From assembly GCA_041666915.1 (NCBI GenBank), contig JBAYFZ010000001.1, positions 137,086 to 201,085 on the forward strand: DNA of 64,000 nucleotides, read 5' to 3'. Of the stretch, positions 29,275 to 39,093 are shown in pieces. The notes beneath the pieces are model-generated. The model was not told where the DNA came from. It did no database searches and saw only the letters and a list, made by a program, of their open reading frames with translations. How positions within the stretch are numbered: the first letter of the stretch is position 1; each line of letters begins with the position of its first letter. Source of the stretch: Minisyncoccota bacterium (GTDB taxonomy: Bacteria; Patescibacteriota; Minisyncoccia; Phycocordibacterales; PALSA-1337). A program made the translations under genes and the position numbers.

Positions 29275-29781
29275 TTATCCCTTAAGTCCTGCATCTGCTG
29301 AAGATGTAGCTTTGAATACTCTCATGATAACATTACCCTTTGCATCTTTGAGAGGTAGATCTTTTGTAGCGTCAAAAGCTTTGGCACCACTATCTGTATA
29401 GATAACAGCGTAGTAAGTATTACCGTCAACCATTGATTGGGTCAAAGTAATCTTGCCTGGATTGATACCAGCAGCGAAACGAGCTGAACCAATGACTTTG
29501 CCTGGAGTACCTGCATTATCGGCTTGGATCACAACCCAGCTAGGAGATGAAACCTGAACTGTTGAGATGTAGACGATGTTACCAGGAAACTGATCTGACA
29601 TGATGATGCGATTTATTGCACCGATCTGGTCATCTGTAGTGATAGGGGTCTCATCTGTTGTTACAGGAGCTTCTGCACCTCCTTTACCACTGAAAACTTT
29701 GATACCTATGATAATAAGTAAAACAATGACAATTACGGTTACAACCCACTGCCATGTCTTGATTCCACTTTGAGGTTCCAT
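29275..29781 (-). CDS. Membrane-anchored secreted hypothetical protein.
   Basis: N-terminal TM (WQWVVTVIVIVLLIIIGI) followed by a beta-rich domain. No motif recognised. Confidence 0.55.
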   Translation of the reverse strand: MEPQSGIKTWQWVVTVIVIVLLIIIGIKVFSGKGGAEAPVTTDETPITTDDQIGAINRIIMSDQFPGNIVYISTVQVSSPSWVVIQADNAGTPGKVIGSARFAAGINPGKITLTQSMVDGNTYYAVIYTDSGAKAFDATKDLPLKDAKGNVIMRVFKATSSADAGLKG

Positions 29782-29846
29782 ATTATTTGTTTAAGAATTA
29801 AAAACTTATAATTACGACTTTATTATTACCCTATAAGCCTAGCATA

Positions 29847-30977
29847 CTATTTCTCGTGTTCCAAGGCTATATCTAGTATAGCGTCAGCTATCACGTTGGC
29901 ACTGTCCAATCTGGCGAAGTTACGGGCTTTTTCACGCATTGCACGATTTATCTCAGGTGAAGTGATTATACGGTTTATCTCTTCTATGAGTATATGAGAA
30001 CTCAGATTGTTTTCTTCAATAATAGAGGCTGCACCAGTTTTTCCATAAGAAAAAGCGTTGGTGGTCTGGTCATGAGATATAGAATGAGGCAGAGGGATGA
30101 TGATAGAAGGTACTCCCCATGCTGCGATTTCAAATATAGTTGACCCAGCTCTAGAGATAACGACGTCGGCCACACCAGATGACATGCGCATAGCCAAATC
30201 ATTCAAATAATCAAAAGGATGATAACGGTATGCGTACTTATTACCTCTCAAAACTTCAGTTGAGGTTAATTTTGTTTCTTCTAGATTGGCACTACCAGTC
30301 TGATGAATAATCTGATAGTTGTTTAGGAGTTCTGGCAGAGCGTCTAACACTACTTCGTTGATACTTTGTGAACCTTGTGAACCTCCAAGAATCAGAATCA
30401 TAGGAGTTCCCTCTTCAAGATCCAAGAATTCTCTAGCACCATTTTTCAGGGGTTGGATAATCTCTTTTCTGATCGGATTGCCTGTAAGAGCGACCCTATC
30501 TTTATGAATAAAGTATTGTTCAGCGTCAGGGAAAGATAGAGCTATACGTTTGGCAAATTTTCCAGACCAAGCATTGACCCTACCCGGCCTACTGTCTGAT
30601 TCGTGAATAACTATAGGAATATTTAATATTTTTCCCGCCAAGAGTGCTGGAAAAGCCCCATAACCGCCTTTGCTAAATATTACATCTGGATATATTGAGT
30701 AAATTTTGAAAAATGCCCATAGACAGCCGTAAGCAGTCTTAAAAAGGTCGGTTATATTTAATATAGAAAAATAACGACGTAGTTTCCCTGCTGGTACGGA
30801 AATAAATTCTATGCCATTCTCAAAAAGAGTCCTAGCGTTGTAAGGATTTGGGGCCATGTAATAGAATTCTGGTTGCAGTATCTTTCCTGATCGTACTTGT
30901 TCCTGAAGAGCTTCGGCAACGGCAATGATTGGATAAAAATGTCCGCCAGTGCCACCTCCTGTAAATAAGATTTTCAT
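29847..30977 (-). CDS. murG: UDP-N-acetylglucosamine--N-acetylmuramyl-(pentapeptide) pyrophosphoryl-undecaprenol N-acetylglucosamine transferase.
   Basis: MKILFTGGGTGGHFYP… N-terminal glycine-rich motif. GT28 architecture, C-terminal …GGSQGS…. Confidence 0.9.
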   Translation of the reverse strand: MKILFTGGGTGGHFYPIIAVAEALQEQVRSGKILQPEFYYMAPNPYNARTLFENGIEFISVPAGKLRRYFSILNITDLFKTAYGCLWAFFKIYSIYPDVIFSKGGYGAFPALLAGKILNIPIVIHESDSRPGRVNAWSGKFAKRIALSFPDAEQYFIHKDRVALTGNPIRKEIIQPLKNGAREFLDLEEGTPMILILGGSQGSQSINEVVLDALPELLNNYQIIHQTGSANLEETKLTSTEVLRGNKYAYRYHPFDYLNDLAMRMSSGVADVVISRAGSTIFEIAAWGVPSIIIPLPHSISHDQTTNAFSYGKTGAASIIEENNLSSHILIEEINRIITSPEINRAMREKARNFARLDSANVIADAILDIALEHEK

Positions 30978-31016
30978 GGGATTATTCTAGCATATTCAAG
31001 GTCTACCCTCGAGGTA

Positions 31017-31991
31017 CTATTTTTTCAGTATTACCTTGTGTATCGCTTTATAAATATCTTTTTCTCCTAAACCGTAAAGTTCAAGAAGTTCTTCTGATTG
31101 ACCTGATTGACCAAAAACATCTTTGACGCCAACGAATTCTATAGGAGTTGGAAAATGTGTTGAAAGACATTCCGCAACAGCTGAACCCATACCTCCGTGA
31201 ATCTGATGTTCCTCTACGGTAACTATTGCCCCAGTCTTGTGTGCCAGTTTGATGATTGCTTGTTCGTCTAACGGCTTGATAGTAGAAAGATTCATGACAG
31301 TTACGTCTATACCTTCATTGGTTAGTTTCTTTGCCGTCATGAGGGCTTTGTATAGGATCGGGCCAGTGGCAATGATGCCGACGGAAGCGAGGCTTCCGGA
31401 TTTTGAACCATTCTTTTCGTAAACAATCTGTGCTTTACCAATCTTGAAAATAGCTTCTTCATTTGTAATGACAGGACTTTTTTCGCGTACCAATCTCACA
31501 TATGTTGGATCATTAGTTTTGGCAATTTCAATGATAGTTTTCTTAGCTTCAATAGCATCGCAAGGGCTCACAACAACCATTCTTGGAAGCGATCTCATGA
31601 GAGCTATGTCTTCTAGAGCTTGATGACTTCCACCATCTGGACCGACATTCAAACCAGCGTGAGTGCCGATGATCTTCACTGGAAGATTGTTGTAACAGAT
31701 AGTTGTGCGGATCTGTTCCCAATTTCTACCGGGACTAAAAACTGCATATGATGCCATGAATGGGATCTTGCCCATGCTAGCCATGCCGGAAGCTACAGTT
31801 GCTAGATTTTGTTCGGCTACACCAACTTCTATGTATCTTTCAGGAAACTTTTGTTTGAAAGGTAACATGCCGGTTGATTCGGCTAGATCTGCACAGAGAC
31901 CTACTACTTGGGCATTTGCTTCACCAGCTATAACTAGGCCTTCACCGAAGCCTGCGCGCATAGAAGCTAGTTTTTTATTGTCATTTTGCAT
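31017..31991 (-). CDS. Transketolase C-terminal section (pyrimidine-binding and C-terminal domains). The ORF-track N-terminal extension (to 32207) runs through MITE copy C and is probably not translated.
   Basis: Starts MQNDNKKLASMRAGFGEGL…. Homology to the transketolase central and C-terminal domains (…GPDGGSHQALEDIA…). Confidence 0.8.
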   Translation of the reverse strand: MQNDNKKLASMRAGFGEGLVIAGEANAQVVGLCADLAESTGMLPFKQKFPERYIEVGVAEQNLATVASGMASMGKIPFMASYAVFSPGRNWEQIRTTICYNNLPVKIIGTHAGLNVGPDGGSHQALEDIALMRSLPRMVVVSPCDAIEAKKTIIEIAKTNDPTYVRLVREKSPVITNEEAIFKIGKAQIVYEKNGSKSGSLASVGIIATGPILYKALMTAKKLTNEGIDVTVMNLSTIKPLDEQAIIKLAHKTGAIVTVEEHQIHGGMGSAVAECLSTHFPTPIEFVGVKDVFGQSGQSEELLELYGLGEKDIYKAIHKVILKK

Positions 31992-32029
31992 AATGTTTTG
32001 TTTGTCATTTACCGTCCCCTCCGAGGATA

Positions 32030-32106
32030 AACTTCGGCGGGAATCCAGGATATTACCAATATATTCACGGGTTAGACACTGGATTCCCGCCTTCGCGGGA
32101 ATGACA
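32030..32106. mobile_element. MITE-like element, copy C. The left TIR is degenerate and the right TIR is intact. It lies between the two transketolase half-genes and supplies the last codons and stop of the N-terminal half (…HSREGGNPVSNP*).
   Basis: CGGCGGGAATCCAGGAT … GGATTCCCGCCTTCGCGGGAATGACA. Confidence 0.7.
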
Positions 32107-32928
32107 CAGTGCAATCTCAATTTCCTCTTTTGTTGTCGGTACTTTTCCATGCCATTCATACTTCCCTTCAAATTCAGGAATTCCTTTTGATGGAATAGTC
32201 TTTGCAATGATAACGGTCGGTTTACCAGAATTCATCTTGGCTGTTTCTATAGCTCTATCAATCTGCAAAAAATCATGCCCATCTATCTCTATAACTTGCC
32301 AACCAAAACTTCGCCATTTTTCTGCTAGAGGATTGAGTGGCATGATTTCATCGGTAGTTCCGCTTATTTGAATGTTATTACGATCTACTATAGCAATGAC
32401 ACTATGGAGTTTTTCTTTGCTTGCGAGCATGATGGCTTCCCAAGAATTACCTTCATCAAGTTCCCCATCGCTCATGAGGCAATAGAATTTTTTTCCAGAA
32501 GTTTTGCCATTGTCTATCCTATCAGCCAAAGCCATGCCTATAGTTTGACCAAGCCCTGAACCGAGTGGGCCAGAAGATGTTTCTAATATTGGTAGCCATT
32601 CTCTATGAGGATGCCCTTGGAGTTTTGAACCGAGTTTACGTAGAGTTTTTAATTCAGAAATTGGAAAATATTTTGCATGCGCGAGAGTTGCATATAAGAC
32701 AGGACAGATGTGACCGTTTGATAATACGACTCGGTCTCGGTATTGCCAATCGGGCTTTTTTGGATCGTGCTTGAGAGCGTAAAAATATAAATAAGTGAAA
32801 ATGTCAGCCATATCTAGCGAGCCAGCGGTATGACCAGACTTGGCTTCAATAAGCATTTCTATGACTGAACGGCGGATTTCCTTGGCTTTCTTTTCAAACA
32901 GAGAAATTTTTGCTTCTGTGAGGGACAT
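32065..32928 (-). CDS. Transketolase N-terminal section (thiamine-diphosphate-binding domain). Its C-terminal tail is encoded by the MITE.
   Basis: …GHTAGSLDMADIF…, …GHPH…, …SDGELDEGNSWEA… TPP-binding motifs. Confidence 0.85.
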   Translation of the reverse strand: MSLTEAKISLFEKKAKEIRRSVIEMLIEAKSGHTAGSLDMADIFTYLYFYALKHDPKKPDWQYRDRVVLSNGHICPVLYATLAHAKYFPISELKTLRKLGSKLQGHPHREWLPILETSSGPLGSGLGQTIGMALADRIDNGKTSGKKFYCLMSDGELDEGNSWEAIMLASKEKLHSVIAIVDRNNIQISGTTDEIMPLNPLAEKWRSFGWQVIEIDGHDFLQIDRAIETAKMNSGKPTVIIAKTIPSKGIPEFEGKYEWHGKVPTTKEEIEIALCHSREGGNPVSNP

Positions 32929-32936
32929 TGGTAGTA

Positions 32937-33617
32937 TTATACCAGAATTTTCTTAAATTTCTGTATCGCCTCAAAAACATTATCCGAATTAAATATAGCC
33001 GATCCTACAACAAGCCTATTTGCCCCAGCTTCTATGAGCATTGGAGCACTTTCCATGGAGACACCTCCGTCAACTGATATTGGAAGCTCTAGATATTTTT
33101 CTCTAATAGTTTTGACCTTTGTCACAACCTCTGGATCAAACTTTTGTCCTTGGAATCCTATCTGATCTATTCCCATACATTGAACAAATTGGATCTGATC
33201 CTTGAAAGTTTCAATAAGATCTATAGGAGTTTCAACATTGAAAGCCAAACCTATCTCGGCTCTATCTTGAAGTTTTGTTATCGCTTCTGCCAAATTCCCC
33301 TTCATTTCAACGTGGAGGATTATGCGAGAAGCGCCAGCGATGACCCATTCATCTACTATTTCTTCAGCTTTATTTGCCATGAGGTCTATTTCAAAATTGA
33401 GTTCTTTCCAACCTGGTAAACCTTCTGCTTCAGTCAAAAGTTTTTTGAAAGTCTCATCGTCTTTCCTGTATGGCCAAGTGGCATTTGGTACAAATTGACC
33501 GTCACAGACATCTATCTGTACAGTTTTGACTAATCCTTGTATGAGCGAGATTTTATCTTCAAGTTCTGCGAAATCACGAGGTAATATTGCAGGGATGATT
33601 TCTAGTTTTTTATTCAT
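32937..33617 (-). CDS. rpe: Ribulose-phosphate 3-epimerase.
   Basis: …IDVCDGQFVPN…, …HVE…, …VDGG… TIM-barrel Rpe motifs. Confidence 0.85.
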   Translation of the reverse strand: MNKKLEIIPAILPRDFAELEDKISLIQGLVKTVQIDVCDGQFVPNATWPYRKDDETFKKLLTEAEGLPGWKELNFEIDLMANKAEEIVDEWVIAGASRIILHVEMKGNLAEAITKLQDRAEIGLAFNVETPIDLIETFKDQIQFVQCMGIDQIGFQGQKFDPEVVTKVKTIREKYLELPISVDGGVSMESAPMLIEAGANRLVVGSAIFNSDNVFEAIQKFKKILV

Positions 33618-33873
33618 ATAATTGGGAATGGGTGCCTATTACAAGTAATCGGTAATGATTTTCGTTAGATTTTTTATATATTATTCGAATATCACCAGTT
33701 ATATTTATACTTCTGCATCCAGCATATTCACCGTGCAATTGGTGATTATTGAGGATGGGATCGGATTCATTTAGTGTGAATATTTTTAGGCGCTCATGTA
33801 CCTTGGATTTTATCTTTTCTGATAAAACCCCAAATTGTTTTTTGAATTTTGGTGAAAAATCTAAATCAATCAT
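33610..33873 (-). CDS. Type II toxin, RelE/ParE superfamily (YafQ-like mRNA interferase).
   Basis: …HQLHGEYAGCRSINITGDIRIIY…LLVIGTHSQLY matches the conserved C-terminal core of YafQ/RelE. Overlaps the rpe start by 8 nt. Confidence 0.75.
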   Translation of the reverse strand: MIDLDFSPKFKKQFGVLSEKIKSKVHERLKIFTLNESDPILNNHQLHGEYAGCRSINITGDIRIIYKKSNENHYRLLVIGTHSQLYE

Positions 33874-33896
33874 TCGTAAAGCTTACCAAGCATAAA

Positions 33897-34175
33897 TTAA
33901 GAACGCAATTCTTCCATGAGTTCTTCAACAGAATGTGCTGTTTTAAAGTTACCTTCCGCATATTCTTTTTCTGCTTCAGCAATTGCAGCTTTCAAATAAG
34001 CAGTGGGCTTATAAGAAACAGAAAAATTAACCTCCTTGTTACGCACGAACTGTTTCAAAAAACTGTTTATGAGTGTCCCAAGAGAAATACCAATCTCCTT
34101 GGCGGTCTCTTGTGCGGCCAACTTGAGGTCTTTATCGGTCTTAACCGTTATGAGTGTTTTGGTGTTTGTAGTCAT
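33897..34175 (-). CDS. Type II antitoxin, DinJ/RelB family.
   Basis: Ribbon-helix-helix-like N-terminus (…ITVKTDKDLKLAAQETAKEIGISLGTLINSFL…) immediately upstream of the toxin. Confidence 0.65.
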   Translation of the reverse strand: MTTNTKTLITVKTDKDLKLAAQETAKEIGISLGTLINSFLKQFVRNKEVNFSVSYKPTAYLKAAIAEAEKEYAEGNFKTAHSVEELMEELRS

Positions 34176-34256
34176 ATACTGAAGTATATACTTTGGTATA
34201 GTATCTCGTCAAGTGGTTATTTTGAGCCGTCCTAGAGGTATTGACCTTTTGAAAAA

Positions 34257-34733
34257 TTATTCTATAGCATCAATCTGATCATTTCTTCGCTTGTATTTTT
34301 CTTCTTCACTAAAGGGTGTGTTTAGCCACAATTCAACAGCATTTTTGGTTTGTTCTTCGGTTACGAATCTTGCGCCAACAGAAAGGACGTTGGCATCGTT
34401 ATGTTCGCGAGAAAGTTTGATGACATCAAAGCTAGGTCTTGATGTGTCACCATACCAGACGACTGCTCGCACTCCTGGGAATCTGTTGGCGACCATAGCC
34501 TCTCCTTGTCCTGAACCACCAAAGATGATGGCTTTTGTATTACCTTTCAAGTCCTCTGCTACTTTCATCGCAGCGGCTGTCATGTAAATAGGAAAATCAT
34601 CCTCAGGAATGAGTTCGTGTGCCCCTACATCCAATATTGAATACCCCTTACTTTCTAGGAATGATTTGACCGACTCTTTGAGCGCAAAACCAGCGTGATC
34701 TGATGCGAGGATTATTTGGGGGGTGGTGGGCAT
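34257..34733 (-). CDS. rpiB: Ribose-5-phosphate isomerase B.
   Basis: …ILASDHAGFALK…, …GGSGQGEAMVANR… RpiB/LacAB signatures. Confidence 0.9.
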   Translation of the reverse strand: MPTTPQIILASDHAGFALKESVKSFLESKGYSILDVGAHELIPEDDFPIYMTAAAMKVAEDLKGNTKAIIFGGSGQGEAMVANRFPGVRAVVWYGDTSRPSFDVIKLSREHNDANVLSVGARFVTEEQTKNAVELWLNTPFSEEEKYKRRNDQIDAIE

Positions 34734-34758
34734 GGAGGTTAGTTAATTAATAGTAATC

Positions 34759-35442
34759 TTAATTCAAATTAACTAGATCCCTTGTTACTCTAGGGATCTG
34801 ATTCGTAAAAAAAGCTTTTACTTCCTTCCAACTGGCTTTGAAATTGGTCTCTGGATCTGGATCATTTTCAGCATCTTCAAAATAGACAAGACTTTTCAAA
34901 ATATGACTGACATTTTGTTTTACGGTGTATTGTTGATCAACTCGCCTTATACTCTCCTCAATGGGTAAAATATTCTGACTTAACCAATACATATCAATAA
35001 AATCTCGTTTTCGTCCTCGTTGACTTATAGCGACAACCTTCATGACAGAGATATCTTTGGGAGTTATAACGTTTACAAAACCAATCTTGAGCATATCATC
35101 TGCATTCTTAAAAAATGGATAGTAAATCAGACTCATCTTTGCGCCCAAAAATTCTCCATAAATAGTCCCGGGACTCATTGAGGTTGTTTCCCATTGACCT
35201 AAAGTGCTCAATTGTTCAGCAATCTTCCCTTCATCAAACTTTTGGTTTGTAAAAAAGTCCAAGTCAACTGATTTTCTATGACCAACTTGAAGAGTGAGTG
35301 CTGTTCCACCAGCAAGATACCAACCATTTTCTGCAAATAATGGGATTTCCACGCATCGTAAGAAAGCCCCCTTTGTCTTTTCGGACAACATCTCAAGGTG
35401 TAGACTTTCAATCGATGTCTTTACTGTAGGACTAGTGACCAT
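34759..35442 (-). CDS. Nucleotidyltransferase, AbiEii/AbiGii toxin family (DUF1814).
   Basis: …WYLAGGTALTLQVGHRKSVDLDFF… (GG…R.S.DLD nucleotidyltransferase motif of AbiEii). Confidence 0.75.
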   Translation of the reverse strand: MVTSPTVKTSIESLHLEMLSEKTKGAFLRCVEIPLFAENGWYLAGGTALTLQVGHRKSVDLDFFTNQKFDEGKIAEQLSTLGQWETTSMSPGTIYGEFLGAKMSLIYYPFFKNADDMLKIGFVNVITPKDISVMKVVAISQRGRKRDFIDMYWLSQNILPIEESIRRVDQQYTVKQNVSHILKSLVYFEDAENDPDPETNFKASWKEVKAFFTNQIPRVTRDLVNLN

Positions 35443-35645
35443 AAGTTTTTTGATTTAGATGACAACTGTACACGAGGTAATTCCATAACTTTTTTGATAG
35501 CATCTTTGGAGTATTGTTTAAAAAGCCAACGAACTTCGTCTAATCTTCCATATTCCAATACTCTCTCAATGACATAACGAGCATTTTTATCTAGATCTAT
35601 TTTTGCGGGATTGGTATCCCAAAAGAGTGATTCTCTGAATTTCAT
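35421..35645 (-). CDS. Small protein upstream of and overlapping AbiEii. Putative cognate antitoxin or regulator (hypothetical).
   Basis: 74 aa, 22-nt overlap with the AbiEii start. Helix-rich (…YVIERVLEYGRLDEVRWLF…). Confidence 0.45.
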   Translation of the reverse strand: MKFRESLFWDTNPAKIDLDKNARYVIERVLEYGRLDEVRWLFKQYSKDAIKKVMELPRVQLSSKSKNLWSLVLQ

Positions 35646-35678
35646 ATCTATATTATAGCATATTTTGGGATAAATTTC

Positions 35679-36218
35679 TCATTCAATTTCTTCGTAATTA
35701 TATGATTGATCCACTCCCTTCATGAAAACTTCGCGGTCATCGATTTTATCGGTCAAAGCGGTACGCAAAAGCTCGCGAATCTCTAGGTCATTCACCGGAC
35801 TGCGTTGCATTGCGTTCAAATAGTTGACCTTGTCGATCTTGACCCAATCAACACATTGTTTGAGATTTTTTTTAAACATCAAATCAAGCCAGATCCTCAT
35901 ACTCCGCCCGTTTCCTTCCATAAATGGATGAGCTATATTCATTTCCACATATTTTGCGACGATGTTCTCAAAAGTAATTTCCGACATTTTATCAATCTTT
36001 TTTAAACTTTCTTCCAGATATAAAGAAGAAGCAAATCGAAAGCCCCCTTTGCTTATATCTTTTATGCGAATCTGACCAGCAAAATCGTAAAGCTCCACAA
36101 ATAAATATTGGTGGATTTTTTGTAAACCTCTGGTTGTGCCGACCTCAAAACTTTCAATTTCCTGACTACCGAAAAGTTTTTTGGCTCGTTCTTTGCTGAT
36201 TTGGTCAACATTTGACAT
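35679..36218 (-). CDS. fic: Fic/Doc-family protein (AMPylating enzyme family).
   Basis: Canonical Fic motif [12 protein letters not shown]. Confidence 0.85.
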   Translation of the reverse strand: MSNVDQISKERAKKLFGSQEIESFEVGTTRGLQKIHQYLFVELYDFAGQIRIKDISKGGFRFASSLYLEESLKKIDKMSEITFENIVAKYVEMNIAHPFMEGNGRSMRIWLDLMFKKNLKQCVDWVKIDKVNYLNAMQRSPVNDLEIRELLRTALTDKIDDREVFMKGVDQSYNYEEIE

Positions 36219-36278
36219 AGTATTATTATACCATTTTTACAGATGTTTTTCCATAATAATTAAGAATTTTTACAGTTT

Positions 36279-37310
36279 TTACACCAACCTCCCTGCTTTT
36301 ACCACATGTTCCACTAATGTATACGTATACCCCATCTCATTGTCATACCAAGCCATTACCTTCACAAGGTTACCATCAACAACGCGAGTGAGTGCTAGAT
36401 CGGCAATAGAAGCATGGCGGTTACCGATAATATCATGAGAAACCAAAGGCTCTTCGGTTGTGGTGAAGATACCATTCCAACGAGGTGTTGAACCGGCTTT
36501 CTTCAAAATATCATTGACCTCTTCGGCGGTAGTATTCTTTTTGGAAATGAAAGTGACATCAACGATAGAACCACAAACTACTGGAACACGAATGGAAATA
36601 CCATCAAACTTGCCTGCGAGTTGAGGAAGGGCTTTTGTAACAGCGATAGCGGCGCCGGTGGAAGAAGGAACGATATTCTGGGCAGCGGCACGACCTTCAC
36701 GGAGATCTTTTTTGTTTGGACCATCAACTAGTCCTTGTGAAGCGGTGTATCCGTGAACGGTATTCAAAATAGCTTTTTCAATTCCAAGAGATTCATCTAG
36801 GATTGCCATGAGAGGACTAGCAGCATTCGTTGTACAGGAAGCGTTTGAAGTGATCTGACAAGTTTCTAATTTATCCTCATTCATAGCCATGAGAATGGTT
36901 GCGCCTTTAACTGTTGAATCTTCTTTGTCTTTGATAGGTGCAGAGACAACTACCCTCTTGGCACCAGCAATGATATGAGCGTTGGCTTTTTCACTTGAAG
37001 TAAATAATCCGGTGGATTCAACTACAACATCAATGTCCATAGCTTTCCAAGGATATTTGGCAGGATCTTTTTCACTTATATAAAGAATTTCCGCACCATC
37101 AATAACGATGGAATTATTTTTTTCATTTACAGAAACATCAAAAGGACTAACGCCGTAAGCTGTGTCGTATTTTAGTAAATAAGCGAAACTTTTTATGTCA
37201 CCAAGGTCATTGATAGCTACAACTTCTATGTCACTACGATCTTTGACAACTTTGACGAAGGCTCTACCGATGCGACCGAAACCATTTATTGCAACACGGA
37301 TTTTTTTCAT
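36279..37310 (-). CDS. gap: Glyceraldehyde-3-phosphate dehydrogenase. The ORF-track extension to 37595 is a spurious 5' extension.
   Basis: MKKIRVAINGFGRIGR… NAD-binding N-terminus. …ASCTTN… catalytic Cys motif. …WYDNEMGYT…. Confidence 0.95.
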   Translation of the reverse strand: MKKIRVAINGFGRIGRAFVKVVKDRSDIEVVAINDLGDIKSFAYLLKYDTAYGVSPFDVSVNEKNNSIVIDGAEILYISEKDPAKYPWKAMDIDVVVESTGLFTSSEKANAHIIAGAKRVVVSAPIKDKEDSTVKGATILMAMNEDKLETCQITSNASCTTNAASPLMAILDESLGIEKAILNTVHGYTASQGLVDGPNKKDLREGRAAAQNIVPSSTGAAIAVTKALPQLAGKFDGISIRVPVVCGSIVDVTFISKKNTTAEEVNDILKKAGSTPRWNGIFTTTEEPLVSHDIIGNRHASIADLALTRVVDGNLVKVMAWYDNEMGYTYTLVEHVVKAGRLV

Positions 37311-37478
37311 ATTATGAATATTGTTAGTTAATTGGAATAATTGTATCACGGTCTTGTTGAAATATGCACCCATGTTTTGTGTCTTGTACACAGCCCTGCT
37401 TTGTATAAATTTACCAAAAATTATAGACTTGATACGGAATAATACGAGCACAAAACGTGTTCGAGTCCTTATAATGTT

Positions 37479-37937
37479 ATGAACAATAATAACAGAGACC
37501 GTGGTTTCGCTAGTGAGGCGATGGTTAAACGGGCGTTGACTATTCTTAAGAGAAAGAAAAAGCCTGATATTGCAGAAATTACAGAAATAATTCATGCAAC
37601 TCCGAATTCAAATCTTGATAGGAAAGGGATCGATTTCGTTGTTAAGCTTGAGAATGGATATGATGTTCCGTTACAGGTCAAGAGCTCAAAGAGAGCTCAA
37701 AAGAAATTTGATAAGCGATGTCGGCGGACTGGTGTTTGGATTCCAGTTATTGTAGTTAACATCGGTGTAACTATTGGAAATGTTATTCGTCAGATCATAC
37801 GTAGTATCAAGACAGTTCTTAATACGGCAAGACATGCCATGGACGAACGAATCCATCGGGAAAAAGAGAAAGCGTCAAGGAAGCAGAAGAAAAAAGATTG
37901 GTGTGTCAGACATTTTGCACCGAGTATGTGCCACTAA
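37479..37937 (+). CDS. Hypothetical protein with a possible PD-(D/E)xK nuclease-like core and a Lys/Arg-rich C-terminus.
   Basis: …RKGIDFVVKLENGYDVPLQVKSS… (D…D-x-V…Q-V-K pattern). Opposite strand to both neighbouring housekeeping genes. Confidence 0.4.
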   Translation: MNNNNRDRGFASEAMVKRALTILKRKKKPDIAEITEIIHATPNSNLDRKGIDFVVKLENGYDVPLQVKSSKRAQKKFDKRCRRTGVWIPVIVVNIGVTIGNVIRQIIRSIKTVLNTARHAMDERIHREKEKASRKQKKKDWCVRHFAPSMCH

Positions 37938-37954
37938 GGTAAGGTAGAGGTTAT

Positions 37955-39022
37955 TTATTTCACAAGTGCGGCCAAATTTGGTCGCACTTTTTTACACATT
38001 TTTTTAATTAAACTAGGACCTTCATATATGATCCCTGTAATAAGTTGAATGAGATCAGCGCCAGCATCAAATTTTCCTTGTGCTAACTCTGATGACATTA
38101 CTCCACCGACTCCGATAATAGTAAAGCGAGAACCGTAAATCTGTTTGGTTTTCCTTATGAGTTCAGTAGAAAGACTGGCACAAGGTTTGCCAGAAAGACC
38201 GCCATGGTAATCTTTTGGAGCCTCGTCACGATAATCTAGTGAATTGTAATCCTTGTTCAAATTACCAATGATCACGCCCTGTAAACCATGTTTATCAATA
38301 ACTTTAAGTAGAGACTCAAACTGTTCCCAAGGAATATTGATGGGCATTTTTATATAGACAGGCTTTTTGCATGGAATAGTATCAAGCTTGGTCAAAAGCC
38401 TTTCCAATAATTCTGGAGTAGTGAAAGCTTCCCCACCAAAAGCGTTTGGGCATGAGATGTTGATGGTGTAATAGTCGCCGACATTTTCTTCATTTAGTCT
38501 TTTGAATGAATACAAATAATCATTCATTCCAGATTCTATATCGGCTGTTTCGGAACAGTTGGTTTTGGCGATGGAGATGCCAGTGACAAAAGGCAGAGCA
38601 CTTCTTATTAGTTGTACTTTTTTTAACCTCTTGATCACCGCATCAACTCCGTCATTTCTCAAACCTTTATTAACAATGATACTTTGAGATTTTGGTAACC
38701 TAGTCAAACGAGGTTTTGGATTACCTTCGCAAGGTTTGGCTGTGACCGAACCGACTTCTTCCCCACCGAGTCCTATTTCTGGAAGAATTTTGCCCAAATG
38801 TCCGTTGTAGTCAAAACCAGCAGATAAAAGAAAAGGTGTTCGGTATTTTATACCATCAACAGTTTTAGAAATATCAGGACCATTGTAACCATAGATGAGG
38901 TTGGTAAGTTTGCGGGTCAAACTGTAGTTACCTAGAAATTCACCAACATAAGTCATGAAATCATGAACATCTTCGGGGTCAAATTTGAAGAATATAGGTT
39001 TTAGGATTGATTTATATAACAT
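37955..39022 (-). CDS. pyrD: Dihydroorotate dehydrogenase (class 2-like).
   Basis: …LSAGFDYNGH…, …VNKGLRNDG…, …IIGVGGV… DHODH motifs. Confidence 0.9.
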   Translation of the reverse strand: MLYKSILKPIFFKFDPEDVHDFMTYVGEFLGNYSLTRKLTNLIYGYNGPDISKTVDGIKYRTPFLLSAGFDYNGHLGKILPEIGLGGEEVGSVTAKPCEGNPKPRLTRLPKSQSIIVNKGLRNDGVDAVIKRLKKVQLIRSALPFVTGISIAKTNCSETADIESGMNDYLYSFKRLNEENVGDYYTINISCPNAFGGEAFTTPELLERLLTKLDTIPCKKPVYIKMPINIPWEQFESLLKVIDKHGLQGVIIGNLNKDYNSLDYRDEAPKDYHGGLSGKPCASLSTELIRKTKQIYGSRFTIIGVGGVMSSELAQGKFDAGADLIQLITGIIYEGPSLIKKMCKKVRPNLAALVK

Positions 39023-39093
39023 GGAGATATATTACCATATTCCGACTATGTCGGACCTAGACGAAAAATAGGTTATAATGTAACCAAGTTTTT

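Noticed and set aside
31992-32207. 72-codon N-terminal extension of the transketolase C-terminal half.
   Set aside because: It runs through MITE copy C (the VIPAKAGIQ peptide comes from the TIR). Transketolase homology starts at MQNDNKK.
37311-37595. 95-codon N-terminal extension of gap in the ORF track.
   Set aside because: GAPDH homology begins at MKKIRVAINGFGRIGR. The extension is low-complexity and has no RBS context.
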